The translations under genes and the position numbers were made by a program. A stretch of 64,000 bases of DNA from Chloroflexota bacterium (GTDB taxonomy: Bacteria; Chloroflexota; UBA11872; VXOZ01). The notes under the pieces were generated by a model, which worked only from the letters and a program-made list of their open reading frames with translations, did not search any database and was not told where the DNA came from. The stretch covers positions 192,001 through 256,000 of the forward strand of contig CAXXVD010000001.1 in assembly GCA_963662335.2 (NCBI GenBank). The letters run 5' to 3'. Positions 9,459 through 19,102 of the stretch are shown here, one piece after another; the stretch's first letter is position 1, and the number at the start of each line of letters is the position of its first letter.

Positions 9459-9492
9459 AGAGGCGGGAGGCTTGGCCTCCCGCCTCTCTTCT
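9459..9492. terminator. Probable terminator hairpin between convergent genes
   Basis: AGAGGCGGGAGGC-ttg-GCCTCCCGCCTCT followed by CTTCTT. Confidence 0.6.
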
Positions 9493-9551
9493 TGCCTTCT
9501 TCAGAGCGACTGCTCACTCTCCCGCGATGGGAAAGAACGATCCCGCCGCCG

Positions 9552-10922
9552 CTACTCTTGAATGATGATCGCGTTCAGCAGGTCGGTCGCGGCGCGGCCG
9601 TATTCTTCCGCGGTCATGTTGCCCGCGTTGAACTCATCGTAGACCGGCTTGATTTCGGTGCGCCATTCGCCCCACGTGGTGTAGCGCAGCAGGCCCCAGC
9701 CGGCCGGGCCGCTGTACGCGGACTGGTTGGCGTGGGCAACCGAATCGTAGCCCGTCTCCGCCTTCAGCCTCTCCGCCGGCAGCGTGGAAACCGCCGCCAC
9801 CGGGCTGATGGTGTGGTTCACCGCCAGGGTGTAGCCCACGCTGTTCTCGCCGGACATCATCCACTTCAACACGTTCCAGGCGTGGTCAACCTTATCGCCG
9901 ACGCCCATCAGGATTGCCGGGTACCAGGCGCGGCCGGACTTGTTCGGCGCTTCGCCCGTATACGGCAGGGCAGCGCCGACCACCTCGAATTCCACCGCCG
10001 GCTTGTAGCCGTTGGTAATGTGGAAGCCGACTTTGCCGGTCTGCCAGATGTGCTGTTCGCCTCTGAGGGCGGCGGACTGGTCCGCATTCGGCACGACCTG
10101 GTGCTTATCGCGCAGGTCGCGCCAATACTCTAGCGCCTCGATGAAGACCGGGTGGTCCATGTTGCCGCGCTCTTCTTCCACGTTCCAGCAGAACTCGCCG
10201 AAGTACGTGCCGGTAGCAATGCCGGACACGTTGAACGCGGAGACCCCGCCGGTGTGACCGAACTGTTGATCGCCCTGGGTCATGGCCTTGGCGTACTCCA
10301 GGAACTTGTCCATCGTCCAGGACGCGTCTGCCGGGTCTGCGGAAGGCGCATCAAGCCCGGCGGTGTCGAGCAATTGCTTGTTCATGAGCAGGGCGTCGCA
10401 ATTGCCGGACGCCGGCATGCCCCACAAGGTGCCCTTGTCCAGCCACTGCGTGAGCGTAGCCGGCAAGAAGATCTCGGTGGGAGACAAGCCGTCACGCTTG
10501 AAGAAGTCATCCAACGGCGAGAGCACTTCGGCTTCCGCCAAGTCGAGATAGGAACCCCAACTGCAGCGCAGGAAGTCGATGGGCACGCCGGCCGCCGCGG
10601 CGACCTTGAGCTTCGTCTCCGCTTCGCCAACGCTGGCGAGGTTTTGCAACTCGATCTTGACGTTGGGCGTCTCGGCTTCGTACGTGTCGAAGTACGCGCG
10701 CACCTTCTCCGTGGTGGAAGCCGAATCGCGGGAAAGGTAGATGAGCTGTACCGGCTCCTCTTTCGGGGCCGCTTCGGCCTTGGGCGCGGCCTCTTCCTTG
10801 GCCGGTTCCGCTTCTTCGGTCGTTGCCGCCGGCGCGGCGCCGCAGGCCGCCAGGAAAGCCGCGCCGCCTACCGCCGTTGCCGAGCCAATGAAAGCCCGCC
10901 GTGAAAAACGCTTTGCCAACAT
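9552..10922 (-). CDS. ABC transporter sugar-binding lipoprotein with Tat signal
   Basis: SRRAFI Tat motif, LAACG lipobox, Ala/Glu/Pro linker, and LWGMP, NKQLL, WTMD, TGKVGF SBP_bac_1-type motifs. No permease adjacent. Confidence 0.85.
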   Translation of the reverse strand: MLAKRFSRRAFIGSATAVGGAAFLAACGAAPAATTEEAEPAKEEAAPKAEAAPKEEPVQLIYLSRDSASTTEKVRAYFDTYEAETPNVKIELQNLASVGEAETKLKVAAAAGVPIDFLRCSWGSYLDLAEAEVLSPLDDFFKRDGLSPTEIFLPATLTQWLDKGTLWGMPASGNCDALLMNKQLLDTAGLDAPSADPADASWTMDKFLEYAKAMTQGDQQFGHTGGVSAFNVSGIATGTYFGEFCWNVEEERGNMDHPVFIEALEYWRDLRDKHQVVPNADQSAALRGEQHIWQTGKVGFHITNGYKPAVEFEVVGAALPYTGEAPNKSGRAWYPAILMGVGDKVDHAWNVLKWMMSGENSVGYTLAVNHTISPVAAVSTLPAERLKAETGYDSVAHANQSAYSGPAGWGLLRYTTWGEWRTEIKPVYDEFNAGNMTAEEYGRAATDLLNAIIIQE

Positions 10923-11139
10923 GAGAATTCACTCCTCTCCATGTTGCTGCTCTGAGGTATGCGCCACAAATGAAGCTCTATCGTTACCTGCGCGCACCCC
11001 TTTTTCCCGACTAATGCTGCCTTATAGGTTGCAGTAACGCGCTGCGGTCGTCAAGCAGTGGGGGAGAAAGACCCTGGGGGTGCGTGACATGAGCGGGCGG
11101 CTCTCACGGCAAGCCGGGCGGGCGCGGAGAACACGCGAC

Positions 11140-12288
11140 CTAGCGCTGCGCCAGCGGCGTCCAGCGGCGGTCTTTCGGGCCCGTGTATACGGACGAAGGC
11201 CGGATGAGGCGATTATGCGCCAGTTGCTCCAGGCAATGGGCCGACCAGCCGCCCACGCGGCCCACGGCAAACGTGGGCGTAAAGAGTTCGGCGGAGAGGC
11301 CGACGCCGTGCAGCACCAGCGCCGTGTAATACTCCAGGTTCGTCTGCAAGTTGCGGCCCGGCTTGTATTCCTCCAGCAGGCGCAGCGCCGTCTCCTCCAC
11401 CGCCCGTGCCAGGTCGTAGAGGGTGCGGTCGCCGGCCTGTTCGTAGAGCCGTTCCGCCGCCTGCGAGAGCACGTCGGCGCGCGGATCGCGCACCTTGTAG
11501 ACCCGGTGGCCGAAGCCCATCAGGCGCTCGCCGCGGTCGAGGCGTGCGCGGATATTCTGTTCGGCTTTGTCCGCCGTGCCGATCTCGAAGACCATGTCCA
11601 ACGCCGGGCCGGGCGCGCCGCCGTGGGCCGGGCCTTTCAATGCGCCCACCGAGCCGGTGATAGCGGAGTAGAGGTCCGATTCCGTCGAGACGATTACGCG
11701 CCCGGTGAAGGTGGAAGCGTTCATGCCGTGGTCCATGGCCGTAACGAGGTAGGTATCCATGGCGCGCACGAAGTCGGAATGCGGCTCATTGCCCGTTAGC
11801 ATATAGAGATAATTGGCGGCGTGGCCGTATTCATCCCGGGGCGCCACGACGCTCTTGCCTTCCCGGATGCGGACGTAGTGCGCCACGATCACGGGAAACG
11901 CCGCGCAGATCTTCTCCGCGCGGCGAAGCTGCCCCGCCGGGCTCGTGTCGTCGGGATTGGCGTCGCCCAGGGAAAGCGTGGCGCAGGCCATGCGCAGCGC
12001 GTCGATGACCGGCGCGTTTCTGGCGGCGGCGGCTTCCAGCACGTGCCGGGTCGTGCGGGGCAACTCCTGCCCGCCCCGGAACCGGGTCTTCAGGTCGGCC
12101 AGTTCTTGCGCGTTCGGCAAGCGGTCGTGCCACAGGAGAAAGGCGGCCTCCTCGAAAGTCGCGTTGGGCGCGAGTTCCATGAGCGGATGTCCGCCGATGA
12201 AGAGTTCGCCGGCGAGACCGTCCACGTAACTGAGCCGCGTTTCGGCGGCGGCGACACCTTCCAGGCCGGGGATTACTTTGGTAGACAT
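11140..12288 (-). CDS. Citrate synthase/2-methylcitrate synthase
   Basis: GLEGV, DHGMNASTF, LKGPAHGGA, MGFGHRVYKVRDPR, TNLEYY, RLIRP. Confidence 0.9.
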   Translation of the reverse strand: MSTKVIPGLEGVAAAETRLSYVDGLAGELFIGGHPLMELAPNATFEEAAFLLWHDRLPNAQELADLKTRFRGGQELPRTTRHVLEAAAARNAPVIDALRMACATLSLGDANPDDTSPAGQLRRAEKICAAFPVIVAHYVRIREGKSVVAPRDEYGHAANYLYMLTGNEPHSDFVRAMDTYLVTAMDHGMNASTFTGRVIVSTESDLYSAITGSVGALKGPAHGGAPGPALDMVFEIGTADKAEQNIRARLDRGERLMGFGHRVYKVRDPRADVLSQAAERLYEQAGDRTLYDLARAVEETALRLLEEYKPGRNLQTNLEYYTALVLHGVGLSAELFTPTFAVGRVGGWSAHCLEQLAHNRLIRPSSVYTGPKDRRWTPLAQR

Positions 12289-12478
12289 AACTGAGCCGCT
12301 CTCCCTTCACTGAAACCGGCGGCGTCTCCGCCGCCCGCGAACGCATTCCCAATCCCGGAACCCCGGCACCGGCGAGCAGCGCCGCGCTTGCTCCGGTTGG
12401 AATAGAGACTTTCGCTTCTCAGACTATGGTGTGTCGAAGACGTACGTCCGCTATCCCCCACCGCGGATAGCCTCCCTT

Positions 12479-12487
12479 AGTATAGCA
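12479..12487 (-). promoter_or_regulatory. Extended -10 element upstream of citrate synthase
   Basis: TGcTATACT on the minus strand, about 190 nt upstream of the ATG. Confidence 0.4.
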
Positions 12488-12508
12488 AGCCGCCGGGAAA
12501 ACTTCCGC

Positions 12509-15100
12509 CTACGGCGCGCTCCCGGCCGCGCCGCCGCTGTTTTGCGCATCCCCGCTGTTCTGCGCGGCTTCGGTATTCTGAATTGCAAACGTCACCGTCT
12601 GCACTCGCTGCTGTCCGGCCGTGTCCTGCGCCGTCAGGCGCACCGTGTACACGCCGTCGGGATTTTGGATCGTATCCCACGCGCCAAGCACGGCGTTCGC
12701 CCGCGGCTCCGTGGAGTAGGTGATCCGCACCCATTGGTCCGGGTTTTCCCGCCCGGCGTACGCAACCTCGTAGGAGTGGAAGCCTGGGAAGAACGCATTG
12801 CCGCGAATTTCCAGAATGCTGCGCACCGTGTCGCCTTCGCGGGGATGGATGATGACTACCGGGTCGTCCGGCGGGACGTTGTACTCCTCGGTCGGCGCGA
12901 TTTCCACTTCCTCCTCCTCTTCCGCCCAGGCTTCCGCCCCTTCCGGCAAGACCATGAACACCTTGACCTCGGTCTGGGACTCGGGCACGTTCGGGCCGGC
13001 GCGCAGACCGCTCTCCTTGTGCACGCGGAACGGCACGAAGATGTTATCCACCAAACGCGGCGTATTCTCCTCCAGGAAGATCTCTTCGTACGTTGGGCCG
13101 CAGTGGGGCGTGGGCAGCATACCGGTCCGCGTGCACACTTCTACCTCCACCATGCCGATTGGCCTGGCAAAGTCCACGACCCGCGTCTCCGCGAGCGCGG
13201 CCTCCATAAATGCGTTCCAGATAGGGGTAGCGCCGCGCATACCGGTGAGATTCCACGTCGGCGTGCCGTCGGAATTGCCCACCCAGACGCCGGCGACAAG
13301 CTGCGGCGTGTAGCCAATCGTCCAGCCGTCCCGGTTGTCGTCGGTGGTGCCCGTCTTCGCCGCGGCGGGACGGGAAAGGTCAAGCGGCGTGTACGGCCCA
13401 AACTCCGCGGCGCGGGTCTCGCTATCGGCGAGAATGTTGGTGACCTGGAACGCGATGCGCGGATCGAACACCTCAGTCACGGTAGGCAGTTCGGCGCGTT
13501 GCAACTCGTTGCCGTAGGTATCGACCACCCGGCGAATTGCCGTAACCGGCACGTAGTTGCCGCCCCGCGCCAGTACCGCGTAGGCGTTCGTGAGTTCCAG
13601 CAACTTCACCTCCCCGCCGCCCAGCACGATGCTGGGCCCAAAGCGGCTGCGGTCCGCGAACGTGGTCATGCCCACGCTCTGCATGGTGTCGATGGCCGTT
13701 TCCAATCCCAGGAAGAGGCCCATGCGCACCGCGGCCACGTTGAACGAGTTGGCGAGAGCATGGCGCGCGGTGACCGGCCCCCTGAACTCGCCGCTGAAAT
13801 TGCGCGGTTCGTAGTCGTCCTCGCCTTCGATCTCGATCGTCAAGGGGACGTCCCAAATCGTGGTGGCGGGAGTCCAGCCTTTGGCAAAGGCCGCCGCGTA
13901 GAAGAGCGGCTTGAGGGCCGAACCCGGCTGGCGCGGCGCCAACGCCACGTTCACCTGGCCGTCGATTTCTTCATCGTGAAAGTCCAGGCTGCCGACCATG
14001 GTGAGAATTTCGCCGCTGCGGGGCAAGAGCGCCACCACCGCGGCATTGGTGACGTTGAACCCCGCCAGCGACGCGACGTGCTCCCGCGCGATCTCTTCCG
14101 CCGCGTTCTGCAAGTTCAGGTCCAGCGTGGTATAGACGTGCAGACCGCCCTGGCGCACCCGCTCGGCCCCGTATTGGGCCGCCAGTTGCTCGCGCACGAA
14201 TTGCACGAAGTGCGGGGCCAGGACCGCGCCCTGCTCCTCTTCTTCCTCGGCGGCGGCCGGCGCTGCTTGCAGGCGCGTGTATTCCAGCGGTCGCGCGAAC
14301 GCCTCTTCCATCTCGGCTTGCGAAATGTAACCGGCCACCACCATCTGTTCCAGCACGTACCGCTGGCGGAACTTGGCTCTTTCCTCGTTCTGGTAGGGAT
14401 TGTCCCGCGAGGGCGACGCGGTCAGACCGGCAAGCATCGCCGCCTCCGGCAGCGTAAGCTCGCCCGCGCTCTTGCCAAAGTACACTCTGGCCGCGGCCTC
14501 GATGCCGTAGGCCTGGCTGCCGTAGTAGACCTTGTTGAGGTAGAAGGCGAGGATAGAGTCCCGGCTGAACTGCGCGGTAAGGCGGGCGGCGAGATTGACC
14601 TCCCTCAGCTTGCGCTCATAGGTCTGCTCCGGCGTGAGGCAGATGCCCTTGATGAGTTGCTGGGTAATCGTGCTGCCTCCGGAGACCACTTCCCCGGCCT
14701 GCTGATTCTGCACGAACGCGCGCGATATGGCCCGCACGTCGTACCCGGGGTGCTGGTAGAAGAAACGGTCTTCGGCCGCGACGGTTGCCTGCTTGACGAG
14801 CGGCGGGATGTCCTCGACCGCAAGGACGATGCGCAGCCCCTCGTCCGGATCGGAAATGGCGGCGAGCAACGTGCCGTGCCGGTCGTAGATGTAGCTTGTC
14901 GCGGGCAGCGCCTCACCGCGGATCTTGTCGAGACACGCGGCATAGTCCGCGTCGGTCACCACGTTGCCGCCCGGGGCCGCCTGCGCGCCGCAGGCCGCCG
15001 CCAGCATTATCGCGCACAGCAGAAGCGCGAGCGCCATCTGCCGCCGCGCGCCGCCCCGCGCGCTCCATGCTGAGGCCGGTTGCCGGATCACTCCGCGCAT
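12509..15100 (-). CDS. Class A penicillin-binding protein (transglycosylase/transpeptidase)
   Basis: GT51 motifs EDRFFYQHPG, GGSTITQQL, RKLRE, YLNKVYYG. Transpeptidase motifs SALK, SFN, KTGT. C-terminal Cys pair and Ig-like domain. Confidence 0.92.
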   Translation of the reverse strand: MRGVIRQPASAWSARGGARRQMALALLLCAIMLAAACGAQAAPGGNVVTDADYAACLDKIRGEALPATSYIYDRHGTLLAAISDPDEGLRIVLAVEDIPPLVKQATVAAEDRFFYQHPGYDVRAISRAFVQNQQAGEVVSGGSTITQQLIKGICLTPEQTYERKLREVNLAARLTAQFSRDSILAFYLNKVYYGSQAYGIEAAARVYFGKSAGELTLPEAAMLAGLTASPSRDNPYQNEERAKFRQRYVLEQMVVAGYISQAEMEEAFARPLEYTRLQAAPAAAEEEEEQGAVLAPHFVQFVREQLAAQYGAERVRQGGLHVYTTLDLNLQNAAEEIAREHVASLAGFNVTNAAVVALLPRSGEILTMVGSLDFHDEEIDGQVNVALAPRQPGSALKPLFYAAAFAKGWTPATTIWDVPLTIEIEGEDDYEPRNFSGEFRGPVTARHALANSFNVAAVRMGLFLGLETAIDTMQSVGMTTFADRSRFGPSIVLGGGEVKLLELTNAYAVLARGGNYVPVTAIRRVVDTYGNELQRAELPTVTEVFDPRIAFQVTNILADSETRAAEFGPYTPLDLSRPAAAKTGTTDDNRDGWTIGYTPQLVAGVWVGNSDGTPTWNLTGMRGATPIWNAFMEAALAETRVVDFARPIGMVEVEVCTRTGMLPTPHCGPTYEEIFLEENTPRLVDNIFVPFRVHKESGLRAGPNVPESQTEVKVFMVLPEGAEAWAEEEEEVEIAPTEEYNVPPDDPVVIIHPREGDTVRSILEIRGNAFFPGFHSYEVAYAGRENPDQWVRITYSTEPRANAVLGAWDTIQNPDGVYTVRLTAQDTAGQQRVQTVTFAIQNTEAAQNSGDAQNSGGAAGSAP

Positions 15101-15275
15101 GAGACCTCCTCTGCATCTCGGCTAAAGTCACGGGAGAACACGCGATGTTTCCCGCAAACGACCGTTTTCGCCCTCATTGAGTCAATCTTACATGAGAAGA
15201 GACTCGAAGACTCAGAAGTGGGCGCATGACGTACGCAAAGCGTGTCATTGCTTTGAAAATAGCGCGACGGAATCC

Positions 15276-15345
15276 GTCATTCCCGCGAAAGCGGGAATCC
15301 ACTGCGTGCGCGGCGAAGATGGATTCCCGCTTTCGCGGGAATGAC
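15276..15345. repeat. REP-like doublet, family A
   Basis: GTCATTCCCGCGAAAGCGGGAATCC ... GGATTCCCGCTTTCGCGGGAATGAC; 70 bp. Confidence 0.9.
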
Positions 15346-15391
15346 GGACATGAGGCTGACCTACATTTACCATGAAAATAGCGCAACCAAG

Positions 15392-15509
15392 CCGTTCGCC
15401 CTGAGCGACGTCGAAGGGTGAACGGCGGATTGAGCGTGTAGCAAATCCGCACGCGCCTCTCTCCGTTCATACTTCGACAGGGGCTTCGCGCAGCACTCAG
15501 CACGAACGG
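15392..15509. repeat. REP-like doublet, family C (CCGTTCGYSCTGAGCCTGTCGAAG..TGAACGG)
   Basis: Related copies at 30703-30727, 48029-48059, 59989-60089 and 63797-63829. Confidence 0.75.
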
Positions 15510-15725
15510 AGAGAAGGGCGATCACTCTTTACTCCCTTGTGCGGCCGGCGGGCGGCCATGGTGATTGCTCTGAAGATAGGCGCTCATACCGTTTGCCCCC
15601 GTATCACGTACGGGGCAGGCTTGGGAAGAGAAGCTACTGCCTCAGGCAAGACGCGTAGTATGGTATTGTTGGGGTAAGGCGTTGACACAACAGCGGCGGA
15701 CTGCCGGAGGCAGGGAGCGCCCCAC

Positions 15726-16628
15726 ATGAGGCAAGCGCGAGCACGGCGAAAGCAAGGCGGCACCACGCGCCGCGAGGCCCTCCGCCAACTCTTTGGCGGC
15801 GCGGCCGCGCTGCCTATGACGCGGTTGCGCTCCGCGCCCGCCCAGGCCGCAGCCGGCAGTGAGAACTCGTTCCTGGGCTGGCACGCGGACGCCGAGGAGC
15901 CAACCGCGCCGCCGGTTGTCGCCCCGCCCGCGGTCTGGCAGCCGCCGTACCGGTACGAACCGGCACTACCAAACAACGCGGTCGTCTTGCCCATACTCAT
16001 GTATCACCGCGCCACGTTGCCGCGTCTCTTCGAAGCCCAACTGGCCGGCATGCTCACCGCCGGCTACCGGCCGCTCTCCTTGCACAGCGCGCTGCGGGGA
16101 CTGCGCGGAGACGCAGAGCTCCCCGAGAAGCCGATTGTGCTCACGTTCGACGACGGCTGGAACGTCCAGTTCAAGGGGGTGTTTCCTGTGCTAATCCAGT
16201 ACAAGGTGCCGGCGGCGTTCTTCGTGATGCCGGGATTCCATGAGCGGCAAGACGGGTACATGGACTGGGACCAACTCGCCGCCATCGTGGACGCCGGGCT
16301 GGACGTGGAATCGCACACCCTCAATCACGCCGACCTGCCCCGGCTGGCAAAGACGGATTGGGGCGCGGTGTTGGCGGAGGTTGTGATTTCCAAGCAACTC
16401 CTGGAGGAGCGGCTCGGCCGCGCGACGCGCTTCTTCGACTACCCCCTTGGCCGCCAGAATGCGAAGATTCGGCAGGTGGTGCAGGAAGCCGGCTACGAGG
16501 CTGCCGTCATGATCGGGCCCGGCGTGCACCAATCGGTGGAATCCCTCTACATGATGCGCCGCATCCGCGTCGAGGCCTGGGAACCGTGGCCGAGCGTACA
16601 ACACCAACTCAACTGGTACGGCGCGTGA
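15726..16628 (+). CDS. Secreted polysaccharide deacetylase (IcaB/PgaB-like CE4)
   Basis: TRREAL Tat-like motif, PILMYH, LTFDDG, ESHTLNHADL, DYPLG. Confidence 0.85.
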   Translation: MRQARARRKQGGTTRREALRQLFGGAAALPMTRLRSAPAQAAAGSENSFLGWHADAEEPTAPPVVAPPAVWQPPYRYEPALPNNAVVLPILMYHRATLPRLFEAQLAGMLTAGYRPLSLHSALRGLRGDAELPEKPIVLTFDDGWNVQFKGVFPVLIQYKVPAAFFVMPGFHERQDGYMDWDQLAAIVDAGLDVESHTLNHADLPRLAKTDWGAVLAEVVISKQLLEERLGRATRFFDYPLGRQNAKIRQVVQEAGYEAAVMIGPGVHQSVESLYMMRRIRVEAWEPWPSVQHQLNWYGA

Positions 16629-16633
16629 GGCGG

Positions 16634-17794
16634 TCAGAGGACTTGCCCCCGGCGCAGAATAGTGTCGGGACTCTCCGGATCGCCGTGCACGGTCTCCCGC
16701 GCCGGAAACCGCGCGTAGCGCGCCAGCTTCTCCCGGTCCAGCGTCGCGCCCAAGCCGGGCGCGTCGGGTATGCGCAGCGTACCGCCCGCGAAGGGCAAGA
16801 GCGGCGCGATCACGTCGTCCTCCTGAATTGGGTAGTGCGTGTCGTTGGCGAGCGCGAAACTGCGGTGGCTGGCGATGAGGTGCGCGCCCGCCAGCGTGCC
16901 GATGCCCAGTTCCGCCCACGTGCCCAGCACGCAGGTGATGCCGGACTGGTAGGCAATATCGGCAATCTGCCGCGACTTGAGCAAGCCGCCGGCCTCAGAG
17001 ACGTAGATGACGAACACGCCGCACGCCTGTTTCTGCGCCAGTTGCAGCGCGTCCAGCACCGTCTTGCAACTCTCGTCGGCGGCCACCGGCGTTTCCACCG
17101 CCCGCGCCACCTGCGCCATGCCGTCGAAGTCGCGGTCGGTGACCGGCTGCTCCACGTATTCCAGGCCGTACGGCTCCATGGCGCGGATGGCCTTGATCGC
17201 CGTGGGCACGCTCCAGCCCTGGTTGGCGTCGATGCGAATGCGCACGTCGGGGCCCACCGCTTCGCGAATCGCGGCGATGCTGGCCGCGTCCTGCGCGATG
17301 CTGCGCCCCACCTTGACTTTCAGCGTGCGGAATCCCCGCTCCACGTACGCCTTGGCCTTGACCGCGTTCCGTTCCGGCGTATCGATGAAGAGGTAGCCCA
17401 TGTACTCCACGGCGTCCCGGTAGCGGCCGCCCAGCAGGTCGCAGACGCTGGCGCCAAAGTGCTTGGCCTTGATGTCCAGCAGCGCCATTTCCAGGCCCGC
17501 GATCGCGTGGTTGCCGGTGCGAAACCAGTGGATGGCGTGTTCGTCCATGCGGTGGAGCAGGAACTCGGTGCGCAGCGGGTCCTGGCCCACGAGCAACGGC
17601 CGCAGTTCCGCGTCCACGGCGGCGCGAATAACCGGGATGTGCGGCCCGGCGCACTCGCCGAGGCCGACGATGCCGGCGTCCGTCTCGATCTCCACCACCA
17701 GCGCCGGGGCCGTGCCTCGCGTGCCGCCCGACCACTTCACCGGCTCGCTGAGCGGCACGCGCACGGCGGTGGTCTTGACATCGGTGATCTTCAT
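16634..17794 (-). CDS. Mandelate racemase/muconate lactonizing enzyme family protein
   Basis: MKITDVK, GLGE, GLEMALLDIKAK, KVKVG, IDANQGW, EQP, ADES. Confidence 0.9.
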   Translation of the reverse strand: MKITDVKTTAVRVPLSEPVKWSGGTRGTAPALVVEIETDAGIVGLGECAGPHIPVIRAAVDAELRPLLVGQDPLRTEFLLHRMDEHAIHWFRTGNHAIAGLEMALLDIKAKHFGASVCDLLGGRYRDAVEYMGYLFIDTPERNAVKAKAYVERGFRTLKVKVGRSIAQDAASIAAIREAVGPDVRIRIDANQGWSVPTAIKAIRAMEPYGLEYVEQPVTDRDFDGMAQVARAVETPVAADESCKTVLDALQLAQKQACGVFVIYVSEAGGLLKSRQIADIAYQSGITCVLGTWAELGIGTLAGAHLIASHRSFALANDTHYPIQEDDVIAPLLPFAGGTLRIPDAPGLGATLDREKLARYARFPARETVHGDPESPDTILRRGQVL

Positions 17795-17833
17795 AGAGCG
17801 TTTGTCCCGGCACTGATGCTATGCGCGCCGAAA

Positions 17834-17862
17834 TTGACGAGCAGCCACGCACAGCCTACCAT
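17834..17862 (+). promoter_or_regulatory. Sigma70-type promoter
   Basis: TTGACG-17 nt-TACCAT upstream of the amidohydrolase. Confidence 0.45.
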
Positions 17863-17919
17863 GATTCCTACCACTTTGTAGGCAGAACGCCGCAGCCGCA
17901 ACGGAAAGCAGCATTCGCT

Positions 17920-19101
17920 ATGGCAACGTTCGACGTGGTGCTCAAGGGTGGGCGTGTGCTCGACCCGGCCCAGGGCATAGACGCCCCGCTGGACGTGGGC
18001 GTAAAGCACGGCCGGATCACCGCTTTGGAGCAAGGCCTGCCGGCGGACGACGCGTGGCTCGCGCTCGACGTCGCCGATCACTTCGTCACCCCCGGCCTCA
18101 TCGACATCCACACGCACCTCTATTGGGGCGGCGCCGATCTCGGCGTGCTGCCGGACGCCACCTGTCTGCCCAGCGGCGTGACCACGGCGGTGGATGCCGG
18201 CAGCGCGGGTTGGGCGAATTTCACCGGCCTGCGCCACTTCATCATCGGCCAGGCGCGCACGCGGGTCTTCGCCTTCGTCAATATCTCCAGCATCGGCATT
18301 ACCGACATGCGCGTGGGCGAGAGTCTCAACCTGGCCTACTGCGGCGTGGAAGACGCGATCAAGGCGATCGAGGCAAACCGCGGCGTGGCGCTGGGCGTGA
18401 AAGTGCGCGTGGCGGAAAAGATCACCGGCCCCAACGGTCTGGAACCCTTGCGCCGCGCGGCGGAGGCGCGCGACGCCACGCATACGCGCATGATGGTGCA
18501 CATCTCCGACTGCGAACAGCCGGTGCAGGAAATCCTGGAACACCTGAAGCCAGGCGACATCATCACCCACTGCTTCACGGGACGCGGCCGGCTCATCCTC
18601 AACCAGCAAACGGGCGCGGTGCTGCCGGAGGTGCGCGCGGCGCAGCAAAGCGGCATCGCCTTCGACGTGGGCCACGGGCAGGGCAGCTTTTCCTTTGCGG
18701 TGGCGCGGGCGGCGTTGGACGACGGCTTCCTGCCGGATACGATCAGCACCGACCTGCACGCCTATTCGTCCCACTTCACCGCGCGCAGCCTGCCCGACGT
18801 GATGTCCAAGTTCCTCTTCCTGGGCCGGGACGTGCCCGACGTGGTGGCGCGGACAACCCAGAACGCCGCGGCCGCCATTGGCCGGGCGGACACGCTGGGC
18901 CATCTGCGCGTGGGCGGCGTTGCCGACGTGGCGGCCCTGCGTCTGGAATCCGGGCCGTATCACATGCGAGACGCCGAGGACGAAGAAATCACCGGCGACC
19001 GGCGCCTCGCGGCCACCTACACCGTCCGCGCCGGTGACGTGTACAACCAAGCGGGCCGGCCGGTACGCCGCTGGTACGGGCCGCGCCCTGAGGAGGCATG
19101 A
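17920..19101 (+). CDS. Dihydroorotase-like amidohydrolase/deacetylase
   Basis: PGLIDIHTH, GVTTAVDAGSAG, GVKVR, MVHI, THCF, FDVGHGQGSF, TISTDLH. Confidence 0.88.
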   Translation: MATFDVVLKGGRVLDPAQGIDAPLDVGVKHGRITALEQGLPADDAWLALDVADHFVTPGLIDIHTHLYWGGADLGVLPDATCLPSGVTTAVDAGSAGWANFTGLRHFIIGQARTRVFAFVNISSIGITDMRVGESLNLAYCGVEDAIKAIEANRGVALGVKVRVAEKITGPNGLEPLRRAAEARDATHTRMMVHISDCEQPVQEILEHLKPGDIITHCFTGRGRLILNQQTGAVLPEVRAAQQSGIAFDVGHGQGSFSFAVARAALDDGFLPDTISTDLHAYSSHFTARSLPDVMSKFLFLGRDVPDVVARTTQNAAAAIGRADTLGHLRVGGVADVAALRLESGPYHMRDAEDEEITGDRRLAATYTVRAGDVYNQAGRPVRRWYGPRPEEA

Positions 19102-19102
19102 A

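Noticed and set aside
11310-11350. Citrate synthase catalytic Asp replaced by Glu (TNLEYY)
   Set aside because: The N(V/L)E(F/Y)Y variant is typical of a known citrate synthase subfamily, so it is not novel.
12290-12478. Riboswitch in the citrate synthase leader
   Set aside because: Several hairpins are present but I see no match to a known aptamer (CTGAGA alone is insufficient for TPP).
12431-15073. Long antisense ORFs (880 aa here; also 3607-5004, 25289-26644, 26682-28133 and others)
   Set aside because: Shadow ORFs opposite well-supported genes, as expected from high-GC codon bias; no recognisable motifs.
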